Positions 1-8,386 of a DNA stretch of 64,000 nt are shown here, in pieces. The stretch is taken from NCBI GenBank assembly GCA_027420455.1, contig DAIBJA010000078.1, positions 5,669-69,668 of the forward strand. The letters are read 5' to 3'. Source of the stretch: Clostridia bacterium. Its GTDB lineage: Bacteria; Bacillota; Sulfobacillia; JAJZYS01; JAJYTV01. The position numbers were made by a program, and so were the translations under genes. The notes below the pieces were generated by a model. It was not told the DNA's origin. It made no database searches and saw only the letters and a list, made by a program, of their open reading frames with translations. The number at the start of each line of letters is the position of its first letter. Position 1 is the first letter of the stretch.

Positions 1-348
1 GCCAGGCAGATGGTAAAAGCAGGGCCGCACAGACCAAAAGGGCCCTCAGGCCCCGGAAAGGTTTTGCCATGGTTCTGCGCGTTCGACAGGTTTCGGCCAC
101 GTTCCTTCCGCTCGTCTACCTTCGCCTTTTTAAGAGACCCCGTGACGTCAGTCGCCCTTTTATAGGCTTTGCGAAATGTCATGTCGACAAAAATCGCCAT
201 GTTCTGTGTCCTAACGATGGTTACCCAGTCCATTTGCTGTGGCCAAATCAGATTAATGCGGAAGACAAGATAATGGACACAGATCAATGTATGGAGTATC
301 GTATCGCTAGCGCATACTGTGCTGTGTAAACCTGAAGGAGGCTACATC

Positions 349-789
349 GTGTCCGTCCGCACTGGCCCCTATACGGATGAAGAGATCGCAGAGATCCGCA
401 AGATGACGGCCAAGGTGCGCGAAGGCGCCCAGATCCGTGATCTAGCACAAGAGCTTGCTGTGGAACTCAACCGCTCTGCACGCGGCCTTGCCCTGACCAT
501 CGGCCGTGAGCTTGCGCGTCAGAATCCGCGGCGTCCAAGGCAGCGCAAGATCCGCGCCATCGGACGCGGTCGCGACATGATGGTCCTGACACAGCGACTT
601 GCGGCACTTGCCCGCGAGCTCGACGATCTCGGCCGCAGGCGCCGCGACCTCGACCGCTCGATCGAGACGCGCCTTTCCGAGTACTCGGAGCTCAAGTCCA
701 AGCTCTTGCAGGCGATTACGCCGGCCAATGTCGACGTGACGCCGCAACTCGCCGCCGAAGCCGCCACGGTCGAGGCGACCGAGGAGTAG
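349..789 (+). CDS. hypothetical protein (basic linker plus C-terminal coiled-coil-like region)
   Basis: ORF 319..789. GAAGGAGG at 334-341 lies 7 nt before GTG 349. No family recognised. A hairpin terminator follows. Confidence 0.45.
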   Translation: MSVRTGPYTDEEIAEIRKMTAKVREGAQIRDLAQELAVELNRSARGLALTIGRELARQNPRRPRQRKIRAIGRGRDMMVLTQRLAALARELDDLGRRRRDLDRSIETRLSEYSELKSKLLQAITPANVDVTPQLAAEAATVEATEE

Positions 790-806
790 ACCCAAACGCA
801 CCAACG

Positions 807-838
807 AGGCGCGCCCGCAAGGGCGCGCCTTTGTTTGG
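807..838 (+). terminator. rho-independent-type hairpin (AGGCGCGCCC-GCAA-GGGCGCGCCT followed by TTGTTTGG)
   Basis: Perfect 10-bp GC stem with a T-rich tail, read directly. It sits between convergent genes. Confidence 0.6.
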
Positions 839-850
839 CACCGTTTCCCT

Positions 851-2050
851 TCAGATGTCGCCCGCGTTGAGGGGGGCGGGGTGCAGCCCCTCCTGCGCCA
901 GGGTCTTGAGCAGTTGCGACAGTTCCTTGCCCACGCCAGGCACCCAGTGCAGCAGAATGATCTCCCCCGCCTGAATCGGTCCACCGTTCCACGTCTTGAC
1001 GCCCTGACCCGGTACCCACTCGGCGCTCCACATCACGACGTAACGCAGTCCCGCGGCCCACGCCGCAGCTCGTACCCCAGGGCTGACTGCGCCGTAGGGC
1101 GGACGCCCCAACGTGGGCGCTGGTACGCCGAACCAGGCGGGATAGTCACTGACAGGGCCCTGCCACTGCGCTTCGGCTTCCGTCAGCGTGAGCAGCGTCA
1201 GGTTGGGATGGTTCACGGTGTGATCCTCGATCTCGCCTCCCGCCGCGGCGAAGGCGCGCCAGTAGTCAGGGTGTTCGACCGCAGCCTTGGCGATCAGGAA
1301 CGCTGTCACCGGTATGTGGTCCCTCTGCATCAGCGCAAGCACGCTCGCGCTGGGAAACCAGCCGTCATCGATCGTCAGGTAGACCTGGCCGCCCATCTTG
1401 GCACCGAACCAGATCAGCGGTGCCTCGGGCAGGGCTGGCACCTTCACACGCCAGACGCTGCGGCCACCGCCTGGCCCTGTGACCAGAAGCCGGTAGTCAG
1501 CGGGTTCAGCGCCGCGCTTGAGTGTCACGGTCCTTGGCTGCGCCTTCTGCCAGCTGCCTGAGGGCGCGCCACGGACCGATGTGAGGGGTTCCGACGCGCG
1601 CAGGATGAGCGCAAGACTCGTCTCGTCCTCCGAGATCAGCGCAGGCGGCACTGGGGCCATGGTCACGATGTGGCAGGTCGAGGGGTCTGGCCCCCGCACC
1701 GCCACCTGGGCCGAGAAGACCTCGCCCGGCTTGAGCACAAGCGTCATGGCCCTCGTGGCCGGCTCCGTCTCGTCGAAGGCCGTAAAGGTGGTCCGGCCCA
1801 TCACATAGCCCGCGAGGAGGCTCTGGGCCGGCGTCAGCCAGATACGCAGGCGGTCGCTGCCTCGATCGAGGTGCCATCGCAGCGAGGGTGCCGCGGCACG
1901 CAACATGGCAAAGCCGCCGCCTATCAGGAGAAGGATCGCCATCAGGCCGAGCCAAGGGCGCCACCCGGAGAACGCGAAAGACAGGACGCGGATCCGTGAG
2001 CCGTGCCGCGGCACGGGTCTCCCTCCTCGACAAGGGACGCCGTAGAACAC
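851..2050 (-). CDS. polysaccharide deacetylase family protein (NodB homology domain), N-terminal membrane anchor
   Basis: C-terminal half has YLTIDDGW...VTAFL...HTVNHPNLT, typical of the NodB/CE4 domain. A hydrophobic segment LGLMAILLLIGGGF lies near the N-terminus. The start codon is uncertain. Confidence 0.75.
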   Translation of the reverse strand: MFYGVPCRGGRPVPRHGSRIRVLSFAFSGWRPWLGLMAILLLIGGGFAMLRAAAPSLRWHLDRGSDRLRIWLTPAQSLLAGYVMGRTTFTAFDETEPATRAMTLVLKPGEVFSAQVAVRGPDPSTCHIVTMAPVPPALISEDETSLALILRASEPLTSVRGAPSGSWQKAQPRTVTLKRGAEPADYRLLVTGPGGGRSVWRVKVPALPEAPLIWFGAKMGGQVYLTIDDGWFPSASVLALMQRDHIPVTAFLIAKAAVEHPDYWRAFAAAGGEIEDHTVNHPNLTLLTLTEAEAQWQGPVSDYPAWFGVPAPTLGRPPYGAVSPGVRAAAWAAGLRYVVMWSAEWVPGQGVKTWNGGPIQAGEIILLHWVPGVGKELSQLLKTLAQEGLHPAPLNAGDI

Positions 2051-2151
2051 GACATCCTATGTGCGAGGTGCCAGGAGCAGGCCCGTGGACAAGCGGAGGG
2101 CGAGATTGCCGGGCCGCCGCCTTGCCGCTATGCTCAGGCCAGGAGGGCGAC

Positions 2152-2664
2152 ATGCGCAGACGACAGCTTTTGCAGGTGCTGAAGGAGTCCAAGGAACCGA
2201 TCTCCGGCAGTCAGTTCGCGGAGATGTTCGATGTCTCCCGGCAGGTGATCGTACACGATATCGCCCTCTTGCGGGCCGAGGGCCACGCGATCGACGCGAC
2301 AACCCGCGGCTACCGCATGACGAGTGGCCCCATCGGCGTGCGCGACGTGTTCGCCGTGCGCCACACGCCATCTGAGACCCAGATCGAGCTGATGACGCTC
2401 GTCGATCTCGGAATCGTCGTCAAGGAGGTCGTCGTCGACCACCCGGTCTACGGCGAACTGCGCGGCGGCCTCGAGCTCCACTCGCGCCGCGATGTCGACC
2501 TGTTCCTGGACCGGTTGCGCGAGCACGGCGGCCTGCTCCTCAGCGTGCTCACGGGCGGAGCCCACGTCCACACCGTCGAGGCGCCGGACGCCCCTACGCT
2601 TGCTGCGGGGCGGCAGGCTCTCGCAGAGCTCGGGATCCTCGACGAAGCAGAAGATAGAGGCTAG
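2152..2664 (+). CDS. niaR: NiaR/YrxA-type transcriptional repressor (HTH + 3H domain)
   Basis: Reads MRRRQLLQVLKESKEPISGSQFAEMFDVSRQVIVHDIALLRAEGH..., with a C-terminal His-containing 3H-like region. AGGAGGG lies upstream of ATG 2152. The longer listed ORF start at 1888 is implausible. Confidence 0.7.
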   Translation: MRRRQLLQVLKESKEPISGSQFAEMFDVSRQVIVHDIALLRAEGHAIDATTRGYRMTSGPIGVRDVFAVRHTPSETQIELMTLVDLGIVVKEVVVDHPVYGELRGGLELHSRRDVDLFLDRLREHGGLLLSVLTGGAHVHTVEAPDAPTLAAGRQALAELGILDEAEDRG

Positions 2665-3889
2665 CGGCCACCGCGCCGCCGACATAGTAGGCGATATCAG
2701 CGCCGCCCATCGCCCGGGCCGCCGGCCCGGTGAAGAGCGACTGCGACATGAAAGGCACCGACGCGGCGAGGCCGATCACGAACGCCCAGAATCCGACCCC
2801 GACTGTGCCGGGCGCCTTGGTCATCGCCCTTTCGGACAGCACGACGCCGAGCCATGGCGCGATCCAGTAGGAGAGCAGCAACAGGAAGGACTCGTAATCC
2901 GCGCTGAATCCGCGCATGCCCAAGAGCGCCAGCACGGTGCCCAGCACCCCGACGAGCACCGCCGCCAGGGCACGCGGCATGCGTATGCCGAGAGCCAGAA
3001 GCGATGTCGCACCGGTGTAGATGTTGAGGAGGTTCGCGGTCAGTGTGCCGAGGATGCCCGCGGCGAACACGAACAGGGCGAGCCTGTCGGCTGCCGCCTG
3101 CAACAGGGGCACGGCGTCGAAGAGCCTGAAGTGCGACGCAAGGGCGACGCCGATGACCTCCACCCAGAGACAGGAGGCGAGCGATCCGAGGAAGGTCCAG
3201 CCAAAGACGGGCCATTTGCGGGTCTTCGTCGGGAGGTAACGGGAATAGTCCGAGGCGTACGGCGCCCAGGAGAAGACGTAGGAAGCGATCATGGCGATGC
3301 CGAGGGCGAAGAGGGGCCAGCTGAACCCGCCGGATGAGGCAGAGCCGAAGCCGAGGGCGGCGGCGCGCCAGGTGAAGAAGGCGAAGGTCAGGACGAGCAG
3401 GATGCTCACCCACCTCTCCACCGTGTGGACCATGTCATATCCGACGGCCGCGATCGCGACCTGCAGCGCACCGATCAGGACGATGCCCCAGGCCTCCGGC
3501 AGATGCAGGAGGCTCGCGAGGAGCTGCCCGCCCAGGAGCGAGTTGACCGCAAACCATCCGAGACACGACAGCCAGTTGAGTGCTGCAGGCAGGTAGACGC
3601 CCAGGCTGCCGAACCCCGCGCGTGACAGCGCCAGCTGCGGCAGCCCGCTTTCCGGTCCCATGGTCGAGGCGATGCCGACGAGCGCGGCACCGATCAGGTT
3701 ACCGATGACGACCGTCGCCAGGGACCACCAGAGTCCGAGTCCGAACGAATAGAGCAGGACGCCGAGGAACCAGGGCGGGATACCGAGGTTGGCTGCAAAC
3801 CAGAGCGTGAAGAGACTCGAACTTTTGCCATGACGCTCCGCGGCGGGGACAGGTTCGATGCCGCGGGACTCGATCCGCAATGGGACCAC
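2594..3889 (-). CDS. NCS1-family (purine-cytosine/CodB-like) permease
   Basis: 431 aa, polytopic. N-terminus IEPVPAAERHGKSSSLFTLWFAANLGI is typical of cytosine/purine permeases. Its 3' end overlaps niaR convergently by 71 nt. Confidence 0.75.
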   Translation of the reverse strand: MVPLRIESRGIEPVPAAERHGKSSSLFTLWFAANLGIPPWFLGVLLYSFGLGLWWSLATVVIGNLIGAALVGIASTMGPESGLPQLALSRAGFGSLGVYLPAALNWLSCLGWFAVNSLLGGQLLASLLHLPEAWGIVLIGALQVAIAAVGYDMVHTVERWVSILLVLTFAFFTWRAAALGFGSASSGGFSWPLFALGIAMIASYVFSWAPYASDYSRYLPTKTRKWPVFGWTFLGSLASCLWVEVIGVALASHFRLFDAVPLLQAAADRLALFVFAAGILGTLTANLLNIYTGATSLLALGIRMPRALAAVLVGVLGTVLALLGMRGFSADYESFLLLLSYWIAPWLGVVLSERAMTKAPGTVGVGFWAFVIGLAASVPFMSQSLFTGPAARAMGGADIAYYVGGAVAASLYLLLRRGSRALREPAAPQQA

Positions 3890-4083
3890 CTCCAGGCTCT
3901 AGGTGACTATACACCTGTCTTGTCATGCTGCACAACAAGACAACCCTGGCCCTGTCGCCCTCCCTGTGCAATGAGACCCTCCGGTTCGCCCGCTGCCGAA
4001 TCCGTGCAGCGGAGGCTGTCCGGCAACACGCCTTCCTCCGCCGAGCCATAGCATGCAGCGGCAGGCGCCCGGAGGGAAGGCTC

Positions 4084-4677
4084 ATGCACGCGCTCATTCT
4101 TGCCGTCCTGATCGGCATCGCCGGCAACCTCGACAACCTGGGGGTCGGCGTGGCCTACGGCGTGCGCAAGATCGGCATCCCGTTCCGCAGCAACCTCTTC
4201 ATCGCGCTGATGGCAGCCCTCGGCACGTTTGTCGTCGCCTACGCAGGGCTGGGCATCGGCCACGAACTCGCCCCTGCGATCGCCAACATGTTCGGGGCCG
4301 GCGTCATCATCGCCGTGGGCGTCTGGGTGCTCTGGCCGCGCAGGCCGAAAGCTCAGGAGGCGCATTCCACGGACGCCATCGGACTCGTGTACCATCCTGA
4401 GCACGCGGACATCGACCAGTCGGGAGACATTTCGGTCGCAGAGTCGCTGGCGCTCTCGGTCGGGCTGGGCATCAACGCCTGGGCCGGCGGGTTCGGCGGC
4501 GGCATGGTCGGCCTGCCGCCGTGGCTGCTGGCGCTGAGCACCGGTGTCTTCAGCTTCGCGACACTCTACGCCGGGGAGCATCTCGGCCGCAGGGCGCTCG
4601 GGAGCTGGCTCGGCCCCAAGGCGACGCTCGCCGCCGGCGTCCTGCTCATCCTCATCGGCATCAAGGACCTCGTCTAG
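4084..4677 (+). CDS. YtaF/MntP-like (DUF204) membrane protein
   Basis: Two repeated halves: NLDNLGVGVAYG... and SVGLGINAWAGGFG.... GGAGGGAAGG precedes ATG 4084. Confidence 0.65.
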   Translation: MHALILAVLIGIAGNLDNLGVGVAYGVRKIGIPFRSNLFIALMAALGTFVVAYAGLGIGHELAPAIANMFGAGVIIAVGVWVLWPRRPKAQEAHSTDAIGLVYHPEHADIDQSGDISVAESLALSVGLGINAWAGGFGGGMVGLPPWLLALSTGVFSFATLYAGEHLGRRALGSWLGPKATLAAGVLLILIGIKDLV

Positions 4678-5357
4678 CGCCGGACTCGAGGCCCTTGCCA
4701 GATCGCCAGGGCAAGCGCATCCGGGTCACCGGCGACGGTCGCAAGGAAGGATGCCGCCTCGAGCGTCCTTTCGACGCGGACGGGATCCTCCGCCAGGACG
4801 AAGAGCTCGCGCCGCGGTCCGTCCTCCTGCCACTCGCGGTAGCGGAGCCACTTGTGCCGGAGCTGCCGGGTCCCCTCCGTGCCGCAATCCACCTCGATCA
4901 ATGCGTCACCGTATGGGGGACGACGCACCAGGGCGTCCGGCACCAGGGTACGTTCGCCAAGGCCTGCTGCGCTGCGATAGTCGAGCCTGGGTTCCGCCAG
5001 ATAGGCGCCTTGGGGCATGCCGCTCCGGCGCAAGGCGAGGTAGAGCTCTGCGCGCCTTTGTTCGTGCCCCAGACGCAGGGCTGCGTAGGCCCTGAGCCCG
5101 TCCGCCCGCTCCTGCCCGAGGAGAGTCCGCGCCGCCCGCACGCCTGTCTGGGCAAGGTAGACGATCGTCCCGCTCGCTGTCGCCACCTCGCGCAAGAGGG
5201 CCCCGTCCTCGAGCAGCTTGATGGAACCGCCCGAGAGCGCTGCGAGGGTCTCCGCCTGCTGACGCGTCACAAAGCGGGCCTGGTAGAGGTCCTCGAGCAG
5301 TTCCCGATCGGCCGGGCCCAGACGCAGGAGACGTTCGGTGAGATCCGGGCGCGTCAC
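4674..5357 (-). CDS. replication-relaxation family protein (putative)
   Basis: 227 aa. The N-terminal wHTH-like region (LLEDLYQARFVTRQQAETL) and the position immediately downstream of a T4CP gene (4-nt overlap) match the usual pairing. The assignment is from memory of the family. Confidence 0.5.
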   Translation of the reverse strand: MTRPDLTERLLRLGPADRELLEDLYQARFVTRQQAETLAALSGGSIKLLEDGALLREVATASGTIVYLAQTGVRAARTLLGQERADGLRAYAALRLGHEQRRAELYLALRRSGMPQGAYLAEPRLDYRSAAGLGERTLVPDALVRRPPYGDALIEVDCGTEGTRQLRHKWLRYREWQEDGPRRELFVLAEDPVRVERTLEAASFLATVAGDPDALALAIWQGPRVRR

Positions 5358-6862
5358 GGCCTTGGCAGCCGGACCAGAACGGGCGGCAAGAGGCGGCCCC
5401 CCGCCGCCACCTCCGCCACCGCCTGGCCGCGCGGCAGGCGGCGCAGGGTCTCCTGATCGAAGCGTGGCGCCTCGCGCAGTCCGCCGCCTGGGCTCGTGAC
5501 GAAGCGTCGGCCGAGGGACTCGCGCAACTGCTCGAGATCCTCGCGTCCCAGGCCCCCCAGCAGCACGCGATTGCGCGCGTTCGCCAACACCGCCTGACGA
5601 AGCTCCTCCGGCAACTGCCCGAGATGCTGGTGGGCAAGGACGGCGCCCACGCGGTGGGAGCGCGCCTGGGCGAGGAAGCTGCCAAAATCCGCCTGGGCGA
5701 AGGTCTGGAATTCATCGGCGTAGATGAAGGCGGCGGGCCCCTTGCTGCGACGCAGGGCCGCCGACTGGAAGAGGAGCAGCGCGAAGGAGCCCACGGCACG
5801 CGCGCCAAGGCCAATCTCACCTTCCGGCAGCGCCAGGGAGAGCATCTCCCCATCCGCGAGCAGGCGGTCGAAATCCATCCGTGGCGTCTGCGTGAACAGC
5901 CGACGCGCCCAGGGATGCGCAAGCACCTCGGAAAGCGCCGATTGCACTCCAATGAACGCGTCCTGCCGGAAACGCGGACTCCATCCCCCCACCTCGTCGC
6001 GGAAGTACCTGCGAACGTGGGCAGACTTCGCCTCGAGCAGCACCTCGCGCCGCATCTCCTCGCTGCGCAGGAATTCGGCGAGGTCTGGCAGCGTGGGCTC
6101 GGGCATGGCCTCCTTGAGCGCGAGCGCGGCGTGGCGCAGCATCGCCTGACCCACGCTGCGGTAGAACTCGTGCTGGCTGCCAAAGGCGCCGAACAGCGCG
6201 TAGGCCACCGTCTCCGCCGCCACCTCGGGCTCCCCCGCAAAGGGATCAAGGCCGACAGCGGGCTCTTCCTGCGGCCGCAGCGCGATCACGCGGCGACCTC
6301 GCGCCTTCCCTTCGGCGACGGCCAGGTCATGGAGGTCGCCCTTGGGGTCCAGGACCAAAAGGCCGTGTCCCACCGCGATATCCTGACGCACCAAAGGCCA
6401 AAGCACGCCCATCGTCTTGCCTGAACCTGTCGGCCCGAGCACATGCATGTGCAGGAACCGGTCGTCGATGGCAATGTCGACAGGCCGTCGCAGGGTCCCG
6501 GTCACGCCCAGCCTGACGGTATCGCTCTTGATGAAGCGCGGCCGCAGCCACACCCAGATCCAGAGTGCGAGTCCGATCTCGGCCAGGAACGAGATGACGA
6601 GCCAGAATGCTGGTTGGGCCGAAAAGCCGAGGGCGTGTCCGAGAGGCACCAGCCAGAGCGCCACCACAAGGTATACGAGCGAAATGGTAAAGAGCGGACG
6701 CCGCCGCACGACCCACGGCAGGCTCTGGATCGCGTATGCGTAGAGGACCCCCGTGAGCATCACGGCGAACCAGGGCCACTGCCCGCGTGCATAGAGGTAG
6801 AGGCCAGCCAGGGAAAGCGGCAGGACGATCACAGCCAAGATGGCACGAGGGATCTTCACCAT
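5354..6862 (-). CDS. type IV secretion coupling protein-like ATPase (TraD/TraG/VirD4 family)
   Basis: N-terminal TM segments, Walker A GPTGSGKT, LVLDPKGDL, and IYADEFQTF (Walker B-like). Start taken at ATG 6862 (MVKIPRAIL) with AAAGGG upstream. Confidence 0.75.
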   Translation of the reverse strand: MVKIPRAILAVIVLPLSLAGLYLYARGQWPWFAVMLTGVLYAYAIQSLPWVVRRRPLFTISLVYLVVALWLVPLGHALGFSAQPAFWLVISFLAEIGLALWIWVWLRPRFIKSDTVRLGVTGTLRRPVDIAIDDRFLHMHVLGPTGSGKTMGVLWPLVRQDIAVGHGLLVLDPKGDLHDLAVAEGKARGRRVIALRPQEEPAVGLDPFAGEPEVAAETVAYALFGAFGSQHEFYRSVGQAMLRHAALALKEAMPEPTLPDLAEFLRSEEMRREVLLEAKSAHVRRYFRDEVGGWSPRFRQDAFIGVQSALSEVLAHPWARRLFTQTPRMDFDRLLADGEMLSLALPEGEIGLGARAVGSFALLLFQSAALRRSKGPAAFIYADEFQTFAQADFGSFLAQARSHRVGAVLAHQHLGQLPEELRQAVLANARNRVLLGGLGREDLEQLRESLGRRFVTSPGGGLREAPRFDQETLRRLPRGQAVAEVAAGGRLLPPVLVRLPRP

Positions 6863-6959
6863 ATCGAAGCCCTTTCGACATGGCCATCCTCGGCGCCTTC
6901 GCAGGATTCGAGCTCGTTCGCACGGAATACGGCGCCGGAGGTGCTGCGTTCTGGTCCAG

Positions 6960-7568
6960 TTGAAGGGCGGACGGGGTGGCGTGCGCCTCGTCATCGGTCC
7001 CCGGCCGGACCCTCAGGCGTTGGTCGGAGAGATCATCCAGAGCCTTGAGGGCGCCGCCGGTTTTCTCGGAAATGCCCGCATCGCGGTGGAGATCGCCGAC
7101 GACACGATTTCGCCCGAGCTCACCGCGGCCGTCAGTGAGGCCCTACGGCGCTTTCCCGGGCTCGGTCTCGCCAGCATCGGCCCCAAGCCCCACGCGCAGC
7201 CCTCGCGAGGCGACGAGCCCAAGGTGGTGCGCAGAACCGTACGTTCGGGTCAGGAAGTGACGCACCAGGGCGATCTCGTAGTGCTGGGCGATGTGCACGT
7301 CGGAGGTCGGCTCGTGGCCACCGGCGACGTGATCGTCGTCGGTGCACTGCGCGGCTTCGCCTGGGCAGGTGCCGAAGGCAACGAGAGCGCCATCATCTAC
7401 GCCCAGGAGCTGTCGCCGACGCAGGTGCGCATCGCCAGCGCCATCGCCCAGGGCGCGCCCTCAGCGCCCGGCGGTGCCGAATACGCCCACCTCGAGGACG
7501 GCAACATCGTCGTGGAGCCGTGGGTGGCGAAAGGCGGTCGCCGCACCCCCGCGCGCCAAAGGCCCTAG
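6960..7568 (+). CDS. minC: septum site-determining protein MinC
   Basis: C-terminal beta-helix motif: GQEVTHQGDLVVLGDVHVGGRLVATGDVIVVGALRGFAWAG...AIIYAQELSPTQVRIA. The start is ambiguous (TTG 6960 or GTG 6981). Confidence 0.75.
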   Translation: MKGGRGGVRLVIGPRPDPQALVGEIIQSLEGAAGFLGNARIAVEIADDTISPELTAAVSEALRRFPGLGLASIGPKPHAQPSRGDEPKVVRRTVRSGQEVTHQGDLVVLGDVHVGGRLVATGDVIVVGALRGFAWAGAEGNESAIIYAQELSPTQVRIASAIAQGAPSAPGGAEYAHLEDGNIVVEPWVAKGGRRTPARQRP

Positions 7569-7617
7569 TCGCGCTCAGGAAGAGGGCCCACCGCAAGCGC
7601 GGCGGGCTCTCTTCTCG

Positions 7618-8274
7618 TCACCGTGCGAACGTGACCTGCACGAGCATGGCATAGCTCGGTCCAGGCGTCGTCAGCCTCCGCATGTGGACGCTGACCACCT
7701 GCGGCCGCCCGAGCTGTTCCTGGAGAGCGGAGGCAATCGCCTGCGCGTCACCTCTCGCGGCCCGGACGGCTGCGGCCACCGCACTCGCCCGTTCACTCGC
7801 GCTCGGGGCTTGATACTGGTCCGCGGTGCCCTGGACCATGGTGGCGCCACTCGCCACGGCAGCGTCGATGGCCGCGCCGAGTTGACCGGCCTTGGCGATG
7901 CGCGCCACCACGTTCTGCACCACGACATAGCCGTCGCCCTGCTGGCTGCGCTGCAACGCCCCGATGCGGTAGCCTTGCACCTTGACATCGGTCGTGGGGA
8001 CACCGGCCGAGCGGAGTCCCTGCCGCAGACGCTCAAGGGCGGCTTGCGCGTCGGACTGCGCCGAGCGGCTGTCCTGTGCGTGCGTCTCGATGCCGAGGTA
8101 GAGCGTGGCGCCCTCCGTAGGCGCTGCGACAGGTTCTTCCTCCGTAACCGTCAGCGTCGTATCGTTGGCCTTCACTTCCGCTGCGCGTCCTGTGCGTGGC
8201 GTCAGAGCCATGAGTGCGACCGCAAGAACCGCCATCGTCGTGAGAGCAGGCAGGGTACCACGAAACCATTGCAC
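7618..8274 (-). CDS. SIMPL/DUF541 domain protein (secreted)
   Basis: Has a signal peptide. The pattern LYLGIETHA...A...ALERLRQGLRSAGV...DVKVQGYRI is typical of the SIMPL family. Confidence 0.65.
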   Translation of the reverse strand: MQWFRGTLPALTTMAVLAVALMALTPRTGRAAEVKANDTTLTVTEEEPVAAPTEGATLYLGIETHAQDSRSAQSDAQAALERLRQGLRSAGVPTTDVKVQGYRIGALQRSQQGDGYVVVQNVVARIAKAGQLGAAIDAAVASGATMVQGTADQYQAPSASERASAVAAAVRAARGDAQAIASALQEQLGRPQVVSVHMRRLTTPGPSYAMLVQVTFAR

Positions 8275-8386
8275 GGAACCGCCTCCCTGCAGCCAGCATT
8301 CCCCTGCGTGAACTGGACATGCGTTCCGCAGGAAGGGTCCCGCTGGCAGCGAAGGCTAAAAGGCTACCAGTTGCGGAGGTGGGACC

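Noticed and set aside
1-182. Possible 5' end of a minus-strand gene running off the left edge (ATG at 182: MTFRKAYKRATDVTGSLKKAKVDERKERGRN...).
   Set aside because: It is truncated by the window edge, has no recognisable family, and its Lys-rich composition is atypical for this genome. The listed plus-strand ORF 69..329 over the same DNA also looks spurious.
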